Shown: one piece after another, positions 20,049-29,173 of the stretch
Position numbering within the stretch: the stretch's first letter is position 1
How the letters are laid out: each line of letters begins with the position of its first letter
Assembly: GCA_043800705.1 (NCBI GenBank)
Contig: JAZDMS010000024.1
Span: 1 to 64,000, forward strand
Direction of reading: 5' to 3'
DNA: 64,000 nucleotides
From: Candidatus Altiarchaeota archaeon
GTDB lineage: Archaea > Altiarchaeota > Altiarchaeia > IMC4 > SCGC-AAA252-I15
Translations under genes and position numbers: made by a program
Notes under the pieces: generated by a model
What the model saw: the letters and a program-made list of their open reading frames with translations, nothing else
What the model was told of the DNA's origin: nothing
The model's database searches: none

Positions 20049-20794
20049 CCTTCGCTAAGCTCCCTAAGAAGCTCCCGCCCACCTATCTCCGGCAGGCATA
20101 CGACGTGGTCGGCGCCTGCCGTCCTTAATTTGCCTACGTTCTCCTTCCTGTTTGCGCGCGCGTAGATCTTCACCTGCGGATTCATCTCCTTTATCGAAAG
20201 GACCGTGAAAACGGTCTTGGGATCCTGGTTCAACGCGATTATGACTGCCTTCGCGTTCTCTATACCCGCCTCCCTTAGCGTCTCTCCGACAGTCGAATCC
20301 CCCCTGATCCCCAGATACCCTTTCTTCGTCAGCAAGGCGAACCGTTCCTCGTTGTTCTCCACGACGACGGGATTCTTCAGCCCAGCCGCCACCTGCTCGC
20401 CGACGTCCCCGTATCCGCAGATTATGACGTGGTCCCTCATTCTGCCGATGTCTGCCTTCGTCTTCTCCAAATTGAACACCTCCATAAGCTCCCCCTCGAA
20501 AATCGCCATCGACACAGCGCCGAACATGTAAAGAAAGGCCGAGACCCCAAGGGGGATGAAAAAAAGCGTGAATGCTTTGCCTGCGTAGGTCACCGGGTAG
20601 AAGTCCCCGTACCCGATGGTGCTCAAAGTCACTACGCTGAAATACAGCGCATCGAAAGGCCGCAAGGCTTCGAAGCGGCAATAACCCATCGTTCCGATGG
20701 CCAAGACGAAGAGTATGTATGCGGCAGCGTAGAACAGGTGCTTGAAAGACCTATGCAGGCCCCGCATGAAGGGGAAACGATAGTAGTCTACCAC
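20045..20794 (-). CDS. Potassium channel with TrkA-N/RCK domain (MthK-like)
   Basis: Filter TLSTIGYGD; two TM helices; HVIICGYGDVG RCK domain. Confidence 0.93.
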   Translation of the reverse strand: MVDYYRFPFMRGLHRSFKHLFYAAAYILFVLAIGTMGYCRFEALRPFDALYFSVVTLSTIGYGDFYPVTYAGKAFTLFFIPLGVSAFLYMFGAVSMAIFEGELMEVFNLEKTKADIGRMRDHVIICGYGDVGEQVAAGLKNPVVVENNEERFALLTKKGYLGIRGDSTVGETLREAGIENAKAVIIALNQDPKTVFTVLSIKEMNPQVKIYARANRKENVGKLRTAGADHVVCLPEIGGRELLRELSEG

Positions 20795-20879
20795 AGAAAG
20801 ATATTAGCCGGAGGGAAATAAGAACCGGGACGAATCCGGCCGCAGACATATAAAAGCCTGCCCTTCCAAGATAAATATA

Positions 20880-21350
20880 ATGAACAGGATATTCGACGGC
20901 TCGACACGGGGAGGAGGGGGAGACGAGACACAACCGGGGGCACCTACAGGTCGAATCGAAAAACCATCTCCAGCGGAGGCCGCGATGCTGGATGTCGTCA
21001 TGGCGAAACTGACTGGGAAAAGGGTTCAGGTAGCTGTGAACATCGAGGCCACTGCGAGGTGGAAGGTCGGCCAGATGAGCAAAAGCCAGAAGAACATGGA
21101 GGGATATCTGGAGCCCGGCGAGACGAGGGCCCGCTTATTCCTGATAACAGACAACAACCGCAGGATCGAGTCCGTCACAGAGAATGCGCCCGCAATCGAC
21201 ATGACAAAGCAGCAGGCCTGCGACGTCGGCGTCATACTGAAGCCTGGGAAGGGATTCTCGATACTCCACGAAGACGGCCTACCGAAGGAGCTAGTGGCAG
21301 ACATGCAAAGCATAGGAATCAGGCTCGAAAAAAGGACCATCAAGAAGTGA
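20880..21350 (+). CDS. Hypothetical protein
   Basis: 156-aa ORF with AT-rich promoter region upstream; C-terminus resembles that of 19350..20048. Confidence 0.65.
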   Translation: MNRIFDGSTRGGGGDETQPGAPTGRIEKPSPAEAAMLDVVMAKLTGKRVQVAVNIEATARWKVGQMSKSQKNMEGYLEPGETRARLFLITDNNRRIESVTENAPAIDMTKQQACDVGVILKPGKGFSILHEDGLPKELVADMQSIGIRLEKRTIKK

Positions 21351-21395
21351 TCATCAGCTTGGTTGAATTCATAAATATCATGTGTCAATCCTGCC

Positions 21396-21500
21396 CAGAG
21401 ACCTAGGACAGGAGACCGAAGACTAGAAAAAGAAGACTGAAAACAGAAGACTGAAAACAGAAGACTGGAAACAGAAGACTGGAAACAGAAGATTGAATAG
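21396..21500. repeat. Degenerate heptamer tandem repeat (NGRARAC, about 15 units; 14-bp period AGAAGACTGRAAAC)
   Basis: cgaagac tagaaaa agaagac tgaaaac agaagac tgaaaac agaagac tggaaac agaagac tggaaac agaagat. Confidence 0.9.
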
Positions 21501-21506
21501 GAGAGT

Positions 21507-21626
21507 GAGGGGCGGGTTCATGCGTTTTAACATGGATGTCTGCCCCGCCGGCTACCTCATCGGTATACTCGGGTGTCGGTCGCAGACAAAGTTACAAATT
21601 GTTGACGGCCGAACCGTGTGCCCCTC
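21507..21626. ncRNA. Candidate 120-nt structured element of unknown class
   Basis: Terminal 7-bp stem GAGGGGC/GCCCCTC; internal stems GGGGCGG/CTGCCCC, TTCATG/CATGGA, TCGGTCG/CGGCCGA; no known RNA family recognised. Confidence 0.3.
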
Positions 21627-21649
21627 GATAGATCTATTGTCAGATGCTG

Positions 21650-21695
21650 CTTAAAAATGCTTTGGTTTCCATTAGAAAACGTCGGCATTTTTAAG
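21650..21695. promoter_or_regulatory. 11-bp perfect inverted repeat, probably back-to-back TATA elements
   Basis: CTTAAAAATGC (21650-60) and GCATTTTTAAG (21685-95); a similar GCATTTTTTAAA precedes the aminotransferase at about 48492. Confidence 0.45.
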
Positions 21696-21776
21696 TGGAT
21701 GGGGCGAATATTTTACATCAAATCCGGCACTTTTTGGTTCTGGGGTTAAATTCCGGTTCGACGTATTTATCCTGCC

Positions 21777-24348
21777 ATGATCGAGGCCCAGAAGGAACCG
21801 TACACCAAGGATGAGATTCTAAGGCAGCTGCATCCGCTCGTTCGGAAATGGTTTCAAGAGAAGCACGGGGAGTTCTCGCAGCCGCAGCTTTATGCGATAC
21901 CGAACATCATGCACAAGGTCAACACCCTCGTGTGCGCCCCCACAGGCAGCGGAAAGACGCTGACTGCGTTCATGAGCGTCCTCAACAAACTCATCGAGTC
22001 GTCTCTGGTTGGCGACCTCAAGGACCAGGTCTACTGCCTGTACGTGTCCCCCCTGAAGGCCCTGAACAACGACATAAGGAGGAACCTAGAGGAGCCGCTT
22101 CGGGAGCTTGAGGCCATTCACGGATCCAGTCTTGGCATAAGGGTCATGGTCCGAACGGGAGACACCCCCCAGAGCCAGAGACAAAGGATGCTCGCAAAGC
22201 CGCCGCACATCCTGATAACCACACCCGAGAGCCTCGACCTGATGCTGGCCTCCCCCGAAGTTCAGCCTCAAGCTCGCGGACGTGAAATGGCTCATCATAG
22301 ACGAAGTCCACGCCCTGGCGGAGAACAAGAGGGGGGTCCAGCTGAGCCTCGCAGTGGAGAGGCTGCAAAATCTGGCAGGCAGATTCACGCGCATCGGACT
22401 GAGCGCGACGATCAACCCCCTCGAAAAGGTCGCAGAATACCTCGTAGGGCTCGAGGGCGGAAAGCCCAGGGACTGCAGGATAGCCGACGTCAGGCACATA
22501 AAGGAGCTGGACATAAAGGTCCTCAGCCCTGTGCCCAACCTGATAACTGCGTCACCGGCCATGATGCACGAGGAACTCTACAAACTCCTCGACGACCTCA
22601 TCCAAGCCCACAAGACGACGCTCGTATTCACAAACACACGCTCGGCTACCGAGAGGGTGGTCAACCACCTTAAGACAAAACATCCGGGGAAATACTTTGA
22701 CAACATCGGCGCCCACCACAGCTCCCTTTCGGCTGAACACCGCCTGGACATAGAGGAGCGCCTGAAGAGGGGGGAGCTGAAGGTGGTCGTGTCCTCGACC
22801 AGCCTCGAACTGGGCATCGACATCGGATACATCGACCTCGTCGTACTCCTCGGATCCCCCAAAAGCGTCGCAAGGGCGCTTCAGAGGATCGGCCGCTCAG
22901 GCCACAAATTGCACGATAAGGCGGTCGGCAGGATAATAGTCCTCGACCGCGACGACCTCGTCGAATGCTCGGTCCTCCTGAAGAACGCCATGGAGGGCAG
23001 GATCGACGACCTGCAGATCCCGGAAAACTGCCTCGACGTCCTCGCCCAGGAGCTGTACGGGATGGCGATATCGAATGTTGAGAACGTCGACAACGCCTAC
23101 GAGCTCGTGAGAAGGAGCTACTGCTACAGGAGCCTCCGCAGGGAGGACTACGATGCCGTCCTCCACTACCTTGCGGGGGACTACGTCGAGCTCGAGCAGA
23201 GGAACGTTTATGCGAAGATATGGGTCGACGACGACAAGAGGCTCTTCGGGAAAAGGGGGAAGATGGCGCGGGTGATATACTCGACAAATCTGGGCACGAT
23301 ACCGGACGAATCATATGTCACCGTGAAGGTCGGGGAGGCCCCCGTCGGGAAGCTCGACGAAGGATTCCTGGAAAAGCTGAAGAAGGGGGACATATTCGTC
23401 CTCGGAGGAAAACTCTACAGGTTCAACTTCTGCAGGGGCATGGTCTGCCAGGTATCCCCCGACAGCGGCCCGCCAACCGTCCCCTCATGGTACAGCGAAT
23501 CCCTGCCTCTCAGTTTCGGCCTCGCCCTCGAGATCCAGCGATTCAGGCACCTGATGGAGGAGAGGATGGGCAAATCCAAGAAGGAGGTCACGGACTGGCT
23601 GATGGGCTTCCTCTACGCCGACGAAAACGCGGTCGAGAGCATATACGAGTACTTCCGTGAGCAGCACAGGTACTCGACGATACCGCACGAACGCAGGATA
23701 ATCATCGAATACAACCAGGCCTTCAAGAAGAGGTATATCGTTTTCCACTGCCTGTTCGGCCGCAGGGTCAACGACGCCCTGTCCAGGGCGGTCGCATGGG
23801 AGATCGCGAAGAAGGAGAGGAAAAACGTCGCGATAAGCCTCTCCGACAACGGATTCTACATCACCCTCCCGGGAAAGGTCCAGGCCCATAACGCGTTCAT
23901 GAGCCTGAGGGCGGAAAACCTCAGAAGGACGCTCATCGAGGCCATCGACAAGACCGACGTCCTTACACGGAGGTTCAGGCACTGCGCAACGCGCAGCCTA
24001 ATGATGCTTCGGACATACAAGGGCGCAAGGAAGTCCGTCGGGAAGCAGCAGATGGGGTCCAAGATCCTTCTGCACTTCGTCAAGAAACTTGACCAAAAGT
24101 TCCCAATACTCGAGGAGGCCCGCAGGGAGGTCATGGAGGACCTGATGGACATAAAGGACGCGGAAAAGGTCCTGAAGGCCGTAAACGACGGCAATATAGA
24201 GGTGAAGGAGATAAACACCGACATCCCCACGCCGTTCGCGATGGAGCTGATCGGCCGCGGATACATGGACGTCCTGCGGCCCGAAGACCGTCACGAATTC
24301 ATCAAAAGGATGCATGAAGCGCTGCTGGAGAGGATAAAGGACAAGTAG
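21777..24348 (+). pseudogene. lhr: Lhr-family ATP-dependent helicase (archaeal Lhr-core) split by a +1 indel in a C5 run at 22252-22256 (real mutation or sequencing error)
   Basis: APTGSGKT, YVSPLKALNND, ILITTPESL in one frame; [26 protein letters not shown] in the next; removing one C gives [21 protein letters not shown]. Confidence 0.88.
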
Positions 24349-24399
24349 GCCCCACGTCAATAGGTTCATTTTTATCTTCTTCCATCTCAAGGGATATAT

Positions 24400-25818
24400 A
24401 TGCCGGGGAAGAATGAGGAGGGAGGCCAAAGGAAGCCCGATCCGCTGTTTTTCACTGTTGACGTATTTGCTTCCGCCAATCTTCCCGAGTTGCAGCATCT
24501 TGAACCGAAGTGGAGGGGTGACAGATTCGAGATTGCCCCGGCTGATGGGGAAAACCGGGTCATACCCCGCAGGGTTACAGGCGGTGCACCTTTCGACACC
24601 CATTTCATGTTTGGCGTGCATTCCGGCTTTACATATCCGAGAGACGTGCATAATGCCCTAACAGCCGCCGAAAAGGAGGGAAAGCCCTTCAATCTTGTCA
24701 TCTTAGAACAGGCACCCTCCAAGGATCCGCAGAAAGCACGTGGCTTTCAGGACTCGGTGGATTTCATCGAAAAGTTCAGGGCGGATGCCTTGAGAATCAG
24801 CAAGGAAACAGGCATATCCCCCGACAAGGCATTAGGCCTTAAGGCATTTGTCGAATTGACCGTTCGAAAAATCGCTTATTGGGTCGAGGACTTTGATCCC
24901 GGGAAGGTCGAGGCGGGAATCAGGAGTTATGGCCTTGACGACAGTCATGCAAAGGTTATCAAAGCCCTTTTAGGGGGTATGGATGAACGCGTGCGGATCG
25001 AACGATCCAGGATTGCGGGCTTTTCAAGGGATCAGGCAGAAATCGACATCTACAAGGGAATGATCCATGCCGTCGTTGCAGAGCATGATGTGATAGCAGG
25101 CGCCGTGGAAGGCGATATCCCCGGTTGGAAACCTGCAGACGAAACGGAGGTGCCTCAGGCATTTAGGAATATCAGAATCACGTTTGGAAAAGCTTTCTTA
25201 GACGGCCGCACGCTTCAGAGTCTCATCCCCTCAGTGGGGAATGCACACAGAAAGTATCTTGAAAGATTCGCTTATCCGCGCGACAGGGCGTTAGTCGCAG
25301 CCGCCCCCGCAATCCTTGCAGGCCATAGGATGAAAGGAGGAAGGCTGAAGACCCTCTTCGTCTACGGGGGAGGGCATGCCGCCGGAATTGTAGAGGGGGC
25401 GCTGAATAGCAAACTTTGGGATGACCATGACATCACCGAGATCGAAAGCAACTCCCAGATTAGAACCGTCGGGTTCAGCGACCCTATTCACACCCAATTG
25501 ATAGACCACTGCATACATTACGGGCTAGCTCTTGGAGAGGCAGAATTTGGGGGGAAACCCATCTTTGACATCGGTGAGAGGAAAGACGCCCTAGGATTTA
25601 GGATAAAAAGTGCAACAATTGACGACCTCAGGCGCATTGACGGAAAAATTGATGGTTTGAGATCAATAATCAGGTTCGCGGTGTTGCTTGGCCATTTAGT
25701 CGGCGATAAAAACGTCCAAATTAACCTTTCAACAGAGCATAAAAAGGAGGAATGCCAAAATGTCAGGGACGCAAAAAAAAGGATACCACAACATATCTAC
25801 CGGCAACTGACCACCTAA
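24400..25818 (+). CDS. Orphan protein with TIKI/TraB/EreA-ChaN-like motif pattern
   Basis: FMFGVH, LVILEQ, RDRAL, VYGGGH in superfamily order; atypical codon usage. Confidence 0.55.
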   Translation: MPGKNEEGGQRKPDPLFFTVDVFASANLPELQHLEPKWRGDRFEIAPADGENRVIPRRVTGGAPFDTHFMFGVHSGFTYPRDVHNALTAAEKEGKPFNLVILEQAPSKDPQKARGFQDSVDFIEKFRADALRISKETGISPDKALGLKAFVELTVRKIAYWVEDFDPGKVEAGIRSYGLDDSHAKVIKALLGGMDERVRIERSRIAGFSRDQAEIDIYKGMIHAVVAEHDVIAGAVEGDIPGWKPADETEVPQAFRNIRITFGKAFLDGRTLQSLIPSVGNAHRKYLERFAYPRDRALVAAAPAILAGHRMKGGRLKTLFVYGGGHAAGIVEGALNSKLWDDHDITEIESNSQIRTVGFSDPIHTQLIDHCIHYGLALGEAEFGGKPIFDIGERKDALGFRIKSATIDDLRRIDGKIDGLRSIIRFAVLLGHLVGDKNVQINLSTEHKKEECQNVRDAKKRIPQHIYRQLTT

Positions 25819-26034
25819 AGGGATATTGAGATCAATAGGGATTTTTGGATTCTTCATTTATCGATTCAACTTCATCCAAGCACTTCCTTAGCAGGTGATC
25901 CCAATTCCGAGAGGAGCGTAAAGGAAGACCCTTTAGGAATTAGCGGATTGTCCCGGCCCCCATATGGCCCTAAAAAGGTTTCCTCCATAGTTCAATCGGA
26001 CCATTAATTATGCGGAATAATCTAGTATATCGCA

Positions 26035-26871
26035 ATGGAATCTGTTGAAATCCGTTCCGGCTTCTTCGCAGTCGGGCTCGCCCTGCACATCCCCGAGCAC
26101 GAGACACTGGTTTTCTCCGACGCCCACCTCGGCTATGAAGAGGCCCTCAACAAGGACGGGGTTCTGGTGCCCCGATTCCAGTACCGGCAGATAGCGGACC
26201 ATCTGAGGGAGGTCCTCGCCCAGACCAGACCAAAACGGATCGTCATCGACGGCGACCTAAAGCACGAGTTCGGCAGCATCAGCGGCCAGGAATGGGCCGA
26301 GGTCATGAGGTTCCTCGACGAGCTCAGAAGATACGAGGTCATCCTCGTAAAAGGCAACCACGACACCATCATCGGCCCGATAGCGACGAAGAGCAACGTC
26401 AAAGTCGTCGACCAATACGTCTTAGGCACTACACTGTTCGTCCACGGCGACAAGGAACCGAAGACCATAGACCGAAGACTGAAGACCGGCCTTTTAAGGC
26501 CGGCGAAGGAGAGACATTCGGCTGCAGCCTCAGTCTCTCAGACTAAGGACTTACTGTGTGAACTGGGGGATAAACGCTCATCCCGCATAACTGAAAACCG
26601 AAAACTGAAAACAATCGTCATCGGCCACGACCACCCCGCCGTCGGCCTCACCGAGGAGGGCCGCACCGAGAGGGTGAAATGCTTCCTCGTCGGAAAATGG
26701 AAGGGATACGACCTGGTAGTCCTGCCTTCGTTGAGCTTCGTCACCGAAGGCGTCGACGTGCTGAAGGAGGCCCTCTTGGGCCCGATGCTTCAGGGGGACA
26801 TTTCCGACTTTACGGCGTTGGGATTCGATGGCGGCAGAATCCTCAAATTCGGGACTATAGGGCGGATTTGA
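26035..26871 (+). CDS. Metallophosphoesterase (Lhr-associated MPE/ICC-like) with a 42-aa in-frame insertion
   Basis: SDAHLG, DGDLKH, KGNHD, HGD, GHDHP. Confidence 0.92.
   Translation: MESVEIRSGFFAVGLALHIPEHETLVFSDAHLGYEEALNKDGVLVPRFQYRQIADHLREVLAQTRPKRIVIDGDLKHEFGSISGQEWAEVMRFLDELRRYEVILVKGNHDTIIGPIATKSNVKVVDQYVLGTTLFVHGDKEPKTIDRRLKTGLLRPAKERHSAAASVSQTKDLLCELGDKRSSRITENRKLKTIVIGHDHPAVGLTEEGRTERVKCFLVGKWKGYDLVVLPSLSFVTEGVDVLKEALLGPMLQGDISDFTALGFDGGRILKFGTIGRI
26471..26612. mobile_element. In-frame palindromic insertion (126 nt) bounded by 16-nt direct repeats
   Basis: ACCGAAGACTGAAGAC (26471-86) and ACCGAAAACTGAAAAC (26597-612), 14/16 identical; internal hairpins CCGGCCTT/AAGGCCGG, GAGAGAC/GTCTCTC, GGGAT/ATCCC. 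Confidence 0.65.
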
Positions 26872-26939
26872 GGTTAGGGGACTGAAACCCGAGATTTTTT
26901 AAAGGCTACGTCTGTGATACCGCGCCTGCAGAGATCATT

Positions 26940-27347
26940 ATGAAAAAGCTGTTCGGTTTGACGGTATTGACGGTCGTTGCCTTGGGGGTATTAACCCCCT
27001 TGGCATCGGATGGAGGATACTTTCCGTCTAAGGACTATTTGAATGGTCAGTACGGCAAAGCAAACAGGCAGGGTAATGTTTCTGAACTCTACTACGGGGC
27101 AAATAGGCAGACGGGGAAAAATCGGTCGGACGCTTATCGCGAAGACGGTCAGTTGCGGAAAAACCAATCCGCAGGATTCGCAAAGATGATGCTGTACGAA
27201 CACCTGGACCTGCTTAAGGCTGGGGCGCAGGAGAGGATGGACGGGGACTACGAAAAGGAAATATCGTCTTTTGAGTAGGCGCTCATGATGTCGAAGGCGA
27301 TGTCGGACGACATCGTCAACCAATTCCCGGAAAAGTTCAGATGATGA
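26940..27347 (+). pseudogene. Decayed exported helical protein with in-frame TAG at 27276
   Basis: Signal peptide; MLYEHL...DY..EI; after the TAG the frame continues ALMMSKAMSDDIVNQFPEKFR then TGA TGA. Confidence 0.5.
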
Positions 27348-27351
27348 CGCA

Positions 27352-27368
27352 GGGGCCTAAAAGGCCCC
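27352..27368. terminator. GC-rich hairpin between convergent genes
   Basis: GGGGCCT-AAA-AGGCCCC. Confidence 0.4.
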
Positions 27369-27378
27369 ATGTATTATT

Positions 27379-28893
27379 TCAGGTCTCGACCCCGCCGGCG
27401 AAGTTTTCCAGTTGGTTGGCGAATGATTCCTTGTCCTTGGATAGCCCATCGTTTGCCCAGACGCTCGCGATGAGCGAATCTTCCCCGTATTCGCCTAATC
27501 TAGCATTACTAAGGGCCCTATTCGCACCCTCTAGTTTCGTCAGACCTGTTACTATCAAGTCGTTAACTTTTTTCAGTCTTCCATCGTCAGGATTTGATGC
27601 TGTAAGCGGTTTGAAAACCTCACTCCAGGTCCTTTTATCTTCTCTGGGAAATTCCTTGTCCAATCTGGCTAATTCGTAAACGTAACGTTCCCTCGGTGTG
27701 TATTCCTCAAGCCTTTTAGGCCAGGTCACCTCCACCGATTCGCCACCTATCCGCTTACTGACGTCTTGAACGATCTCCTCGATCAGCGCCCGGTTACCTT
27801 CCGGCCGCAAATGATCTATTTGACCGCGCTGTCTTAGGTAATCCCTGATCCTCTGTTCCCCCTTATCCCTGCCGAGCCGATCGATGGCTGGCCGAAGACC
27901 GTCGACCGCTTCGTCATAGCTGGCTTCCCTTTCCCCGCCGTATGAGTAGGTGCCTGGGTTAGCGGCCCTCCATATCATTTCGAGTTTTAGGTTTCGCCGG
28001 CGTATCTGATCCTCCGAGGACACCTTTGCTTCTGCATCTGGCGCACCAGGGTAGGCAGCCTCGGCTTCCGGCCAGTTTACCTCTACGGATTTGCCCTTAA
28101 GACGCAAGTGGGCATCATTGACAATCTCGTCTATTAGTGATCCAGGATCGACTTTTCCATCCCCTTTGAAGTCTTTCAGCCCCCATTCGGTAATGTATCC
28201 CCTGATTCGCTTTTCTCCGCCTTCATTTCCTAGCCTTGTGATTGCGGGGCTCAGCCGGTCCACCATCTCATCATAATTCGCCCCCTTGCCGCCGACGACA
28301 TCGATCCCCTCCGCCCGTTGAATAAGCTCGAGCTTAAGGTTTCGTCTTTCGATAACTTCGGGTGAGGCGACCTTACCGAGTTCAGTTTCGACGATTTTCG
28401 ATTCTGTCGCCTCAGATCCCGCCACCCTCAACGTCGGCATCGGATCAATTGCCCCCACGCCCACTATGCGATCGTTTATCGATGGTACGACACCAGGCTG
28501 GTCAAGCCGTTCATTGATGCCCGCTGCAAGCCTGCACAGGCGATCGGCTTCGCCGGGGTTTGTTTCCGCCTCCTTTGTCAGCAGTCTTGTATATAGGCGA
28601 AGGATTTTAGCCTTGTCGGGTGTTAGATTTTTCAATCCCTTGACATCAGAAAAATCTGGCAAGTAGGGTTCCCCTTTTCCGCCGCTGAGATAATCTGAAA
28701 ACGTATAGGCATCGCTCAATCCATCTCTGGCTTGCTCGATGCTTAAAGCCAAAAATTTGCCAGTGAAATTCTGTCCTTGGAAACCTGGCTGGCCGAGGAA
28801 GGCCGCAGCCGTGTTATATCCCATTTCCATCCGGTGTTGAAGCTGTTCTTGCTGTGGATCCCTCAGGGCTTGGGGGTCTTTCGATATGCCCAT
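27379..28893 (-). CDS. Orphan protein with an internal tandem domain duplication (about 100-115 aa)
   Basis: RRNLKLE..RA...YDE.VD.L.PAI.RLG...GE.RIR.Y...LI.EIV.D...R..G.SVEV.WP occurs twice. Confidence 0.75.
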   Translation of the reverse strand: MGISKDPQALRDPQQEQLQHRMEMGYNTAAAFLGQPGFQGQNFTGKFLALSIEQARDGLSDAYTFSDYLSGGKGEPYLPDFSDVKGLKNLTPDKAKILRLYTRLLTKEAETNPGEADRLCRLAAGINERLDQPGVVPSINDRIVGVGAIDPMPTLRVAGSEATESKIVETELGKVASPEVIERRNLKLELIQRAEGIDVVGGKGANYDEMVDRLSPAITRLGNEGGEKRIRGYITEWGLKDFKGDGKVDPGSLIDEIVNDAHLRLKGKSVEVNWPEAEAAYPGAPDAEAKVSSEDQIRRRNLKLEMIWRAANPGTYSYGGEREASYDEAVDGLRPAIDRLGRDKGEQRIRDYLRQRGQIDHLRPEGNRALIEEIVQDVSKRIGGESVEVTWPKRLEEYTPRERYVYELARLDKEFPREDKRTWSEVFKPLTASNPDDGRLKKVNDLIVTGLTKLEGANRALSNARLGEYGEDSLIASVWANDGLSKDKESFANQLENFAGGVET

Positions 28894-28927
28894 ATAAGGT
28901 ATCTGGATAGGTGTGAATAAAAGAGGG

Positions 28928-29128
28928 TTACTTTAGTACTTCGTTAAGGCCCTTCTCCAACAGCACCTTGTCGACGAGGTTCCTGTCGTATTTTACGTTG
29001 TCGCCTGCGCACATGCTGCAGATCCCGCGGACGGTTATGTGGTCTGGGCATACGCGCTTTCCACACAGGCTGCAGGTGAAGCCGGCAGCGACCTTTCCGC
29101 AGATGTCGCAGAGGCCTGAGACGTCCAT
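28928..29128 (-). CDS. Small zinc-finger protein
   Basis: CDIC, CSLC, CPDH, CSMC; co-oriented with scpA. Confidence 0.75.
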   Translation of the reverse strand: MDVSGLCDICGKVAAGFTCSLCGKRVCPDHITVRGICSMCAGDNVKYDRNLVDKVLLEKGLNEVLK

Positions 29129-29173
29129 GAATAGATTCCGAAGCCCCGAATAAAAACAGATAACGCCCAAGGC

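Noticed and set aside
21396-21500. Possible CRISPR array
   Set aside because: Contiguous 7/14-bp units without unique spacers; no cas genes in the window.
21507-21626. 5S rRNA or tRNA, suggested by the 120-nt length and 7-bp terminal stem
   Set aside because: Lacks the 5S loop C/loop E consensus in position and has no valid T arm or anticodon stem.
25875-25988. 38-codon minus-strand ORF in the intergenic gap
   Set aside because: Too short, with no motif or clear RBS.
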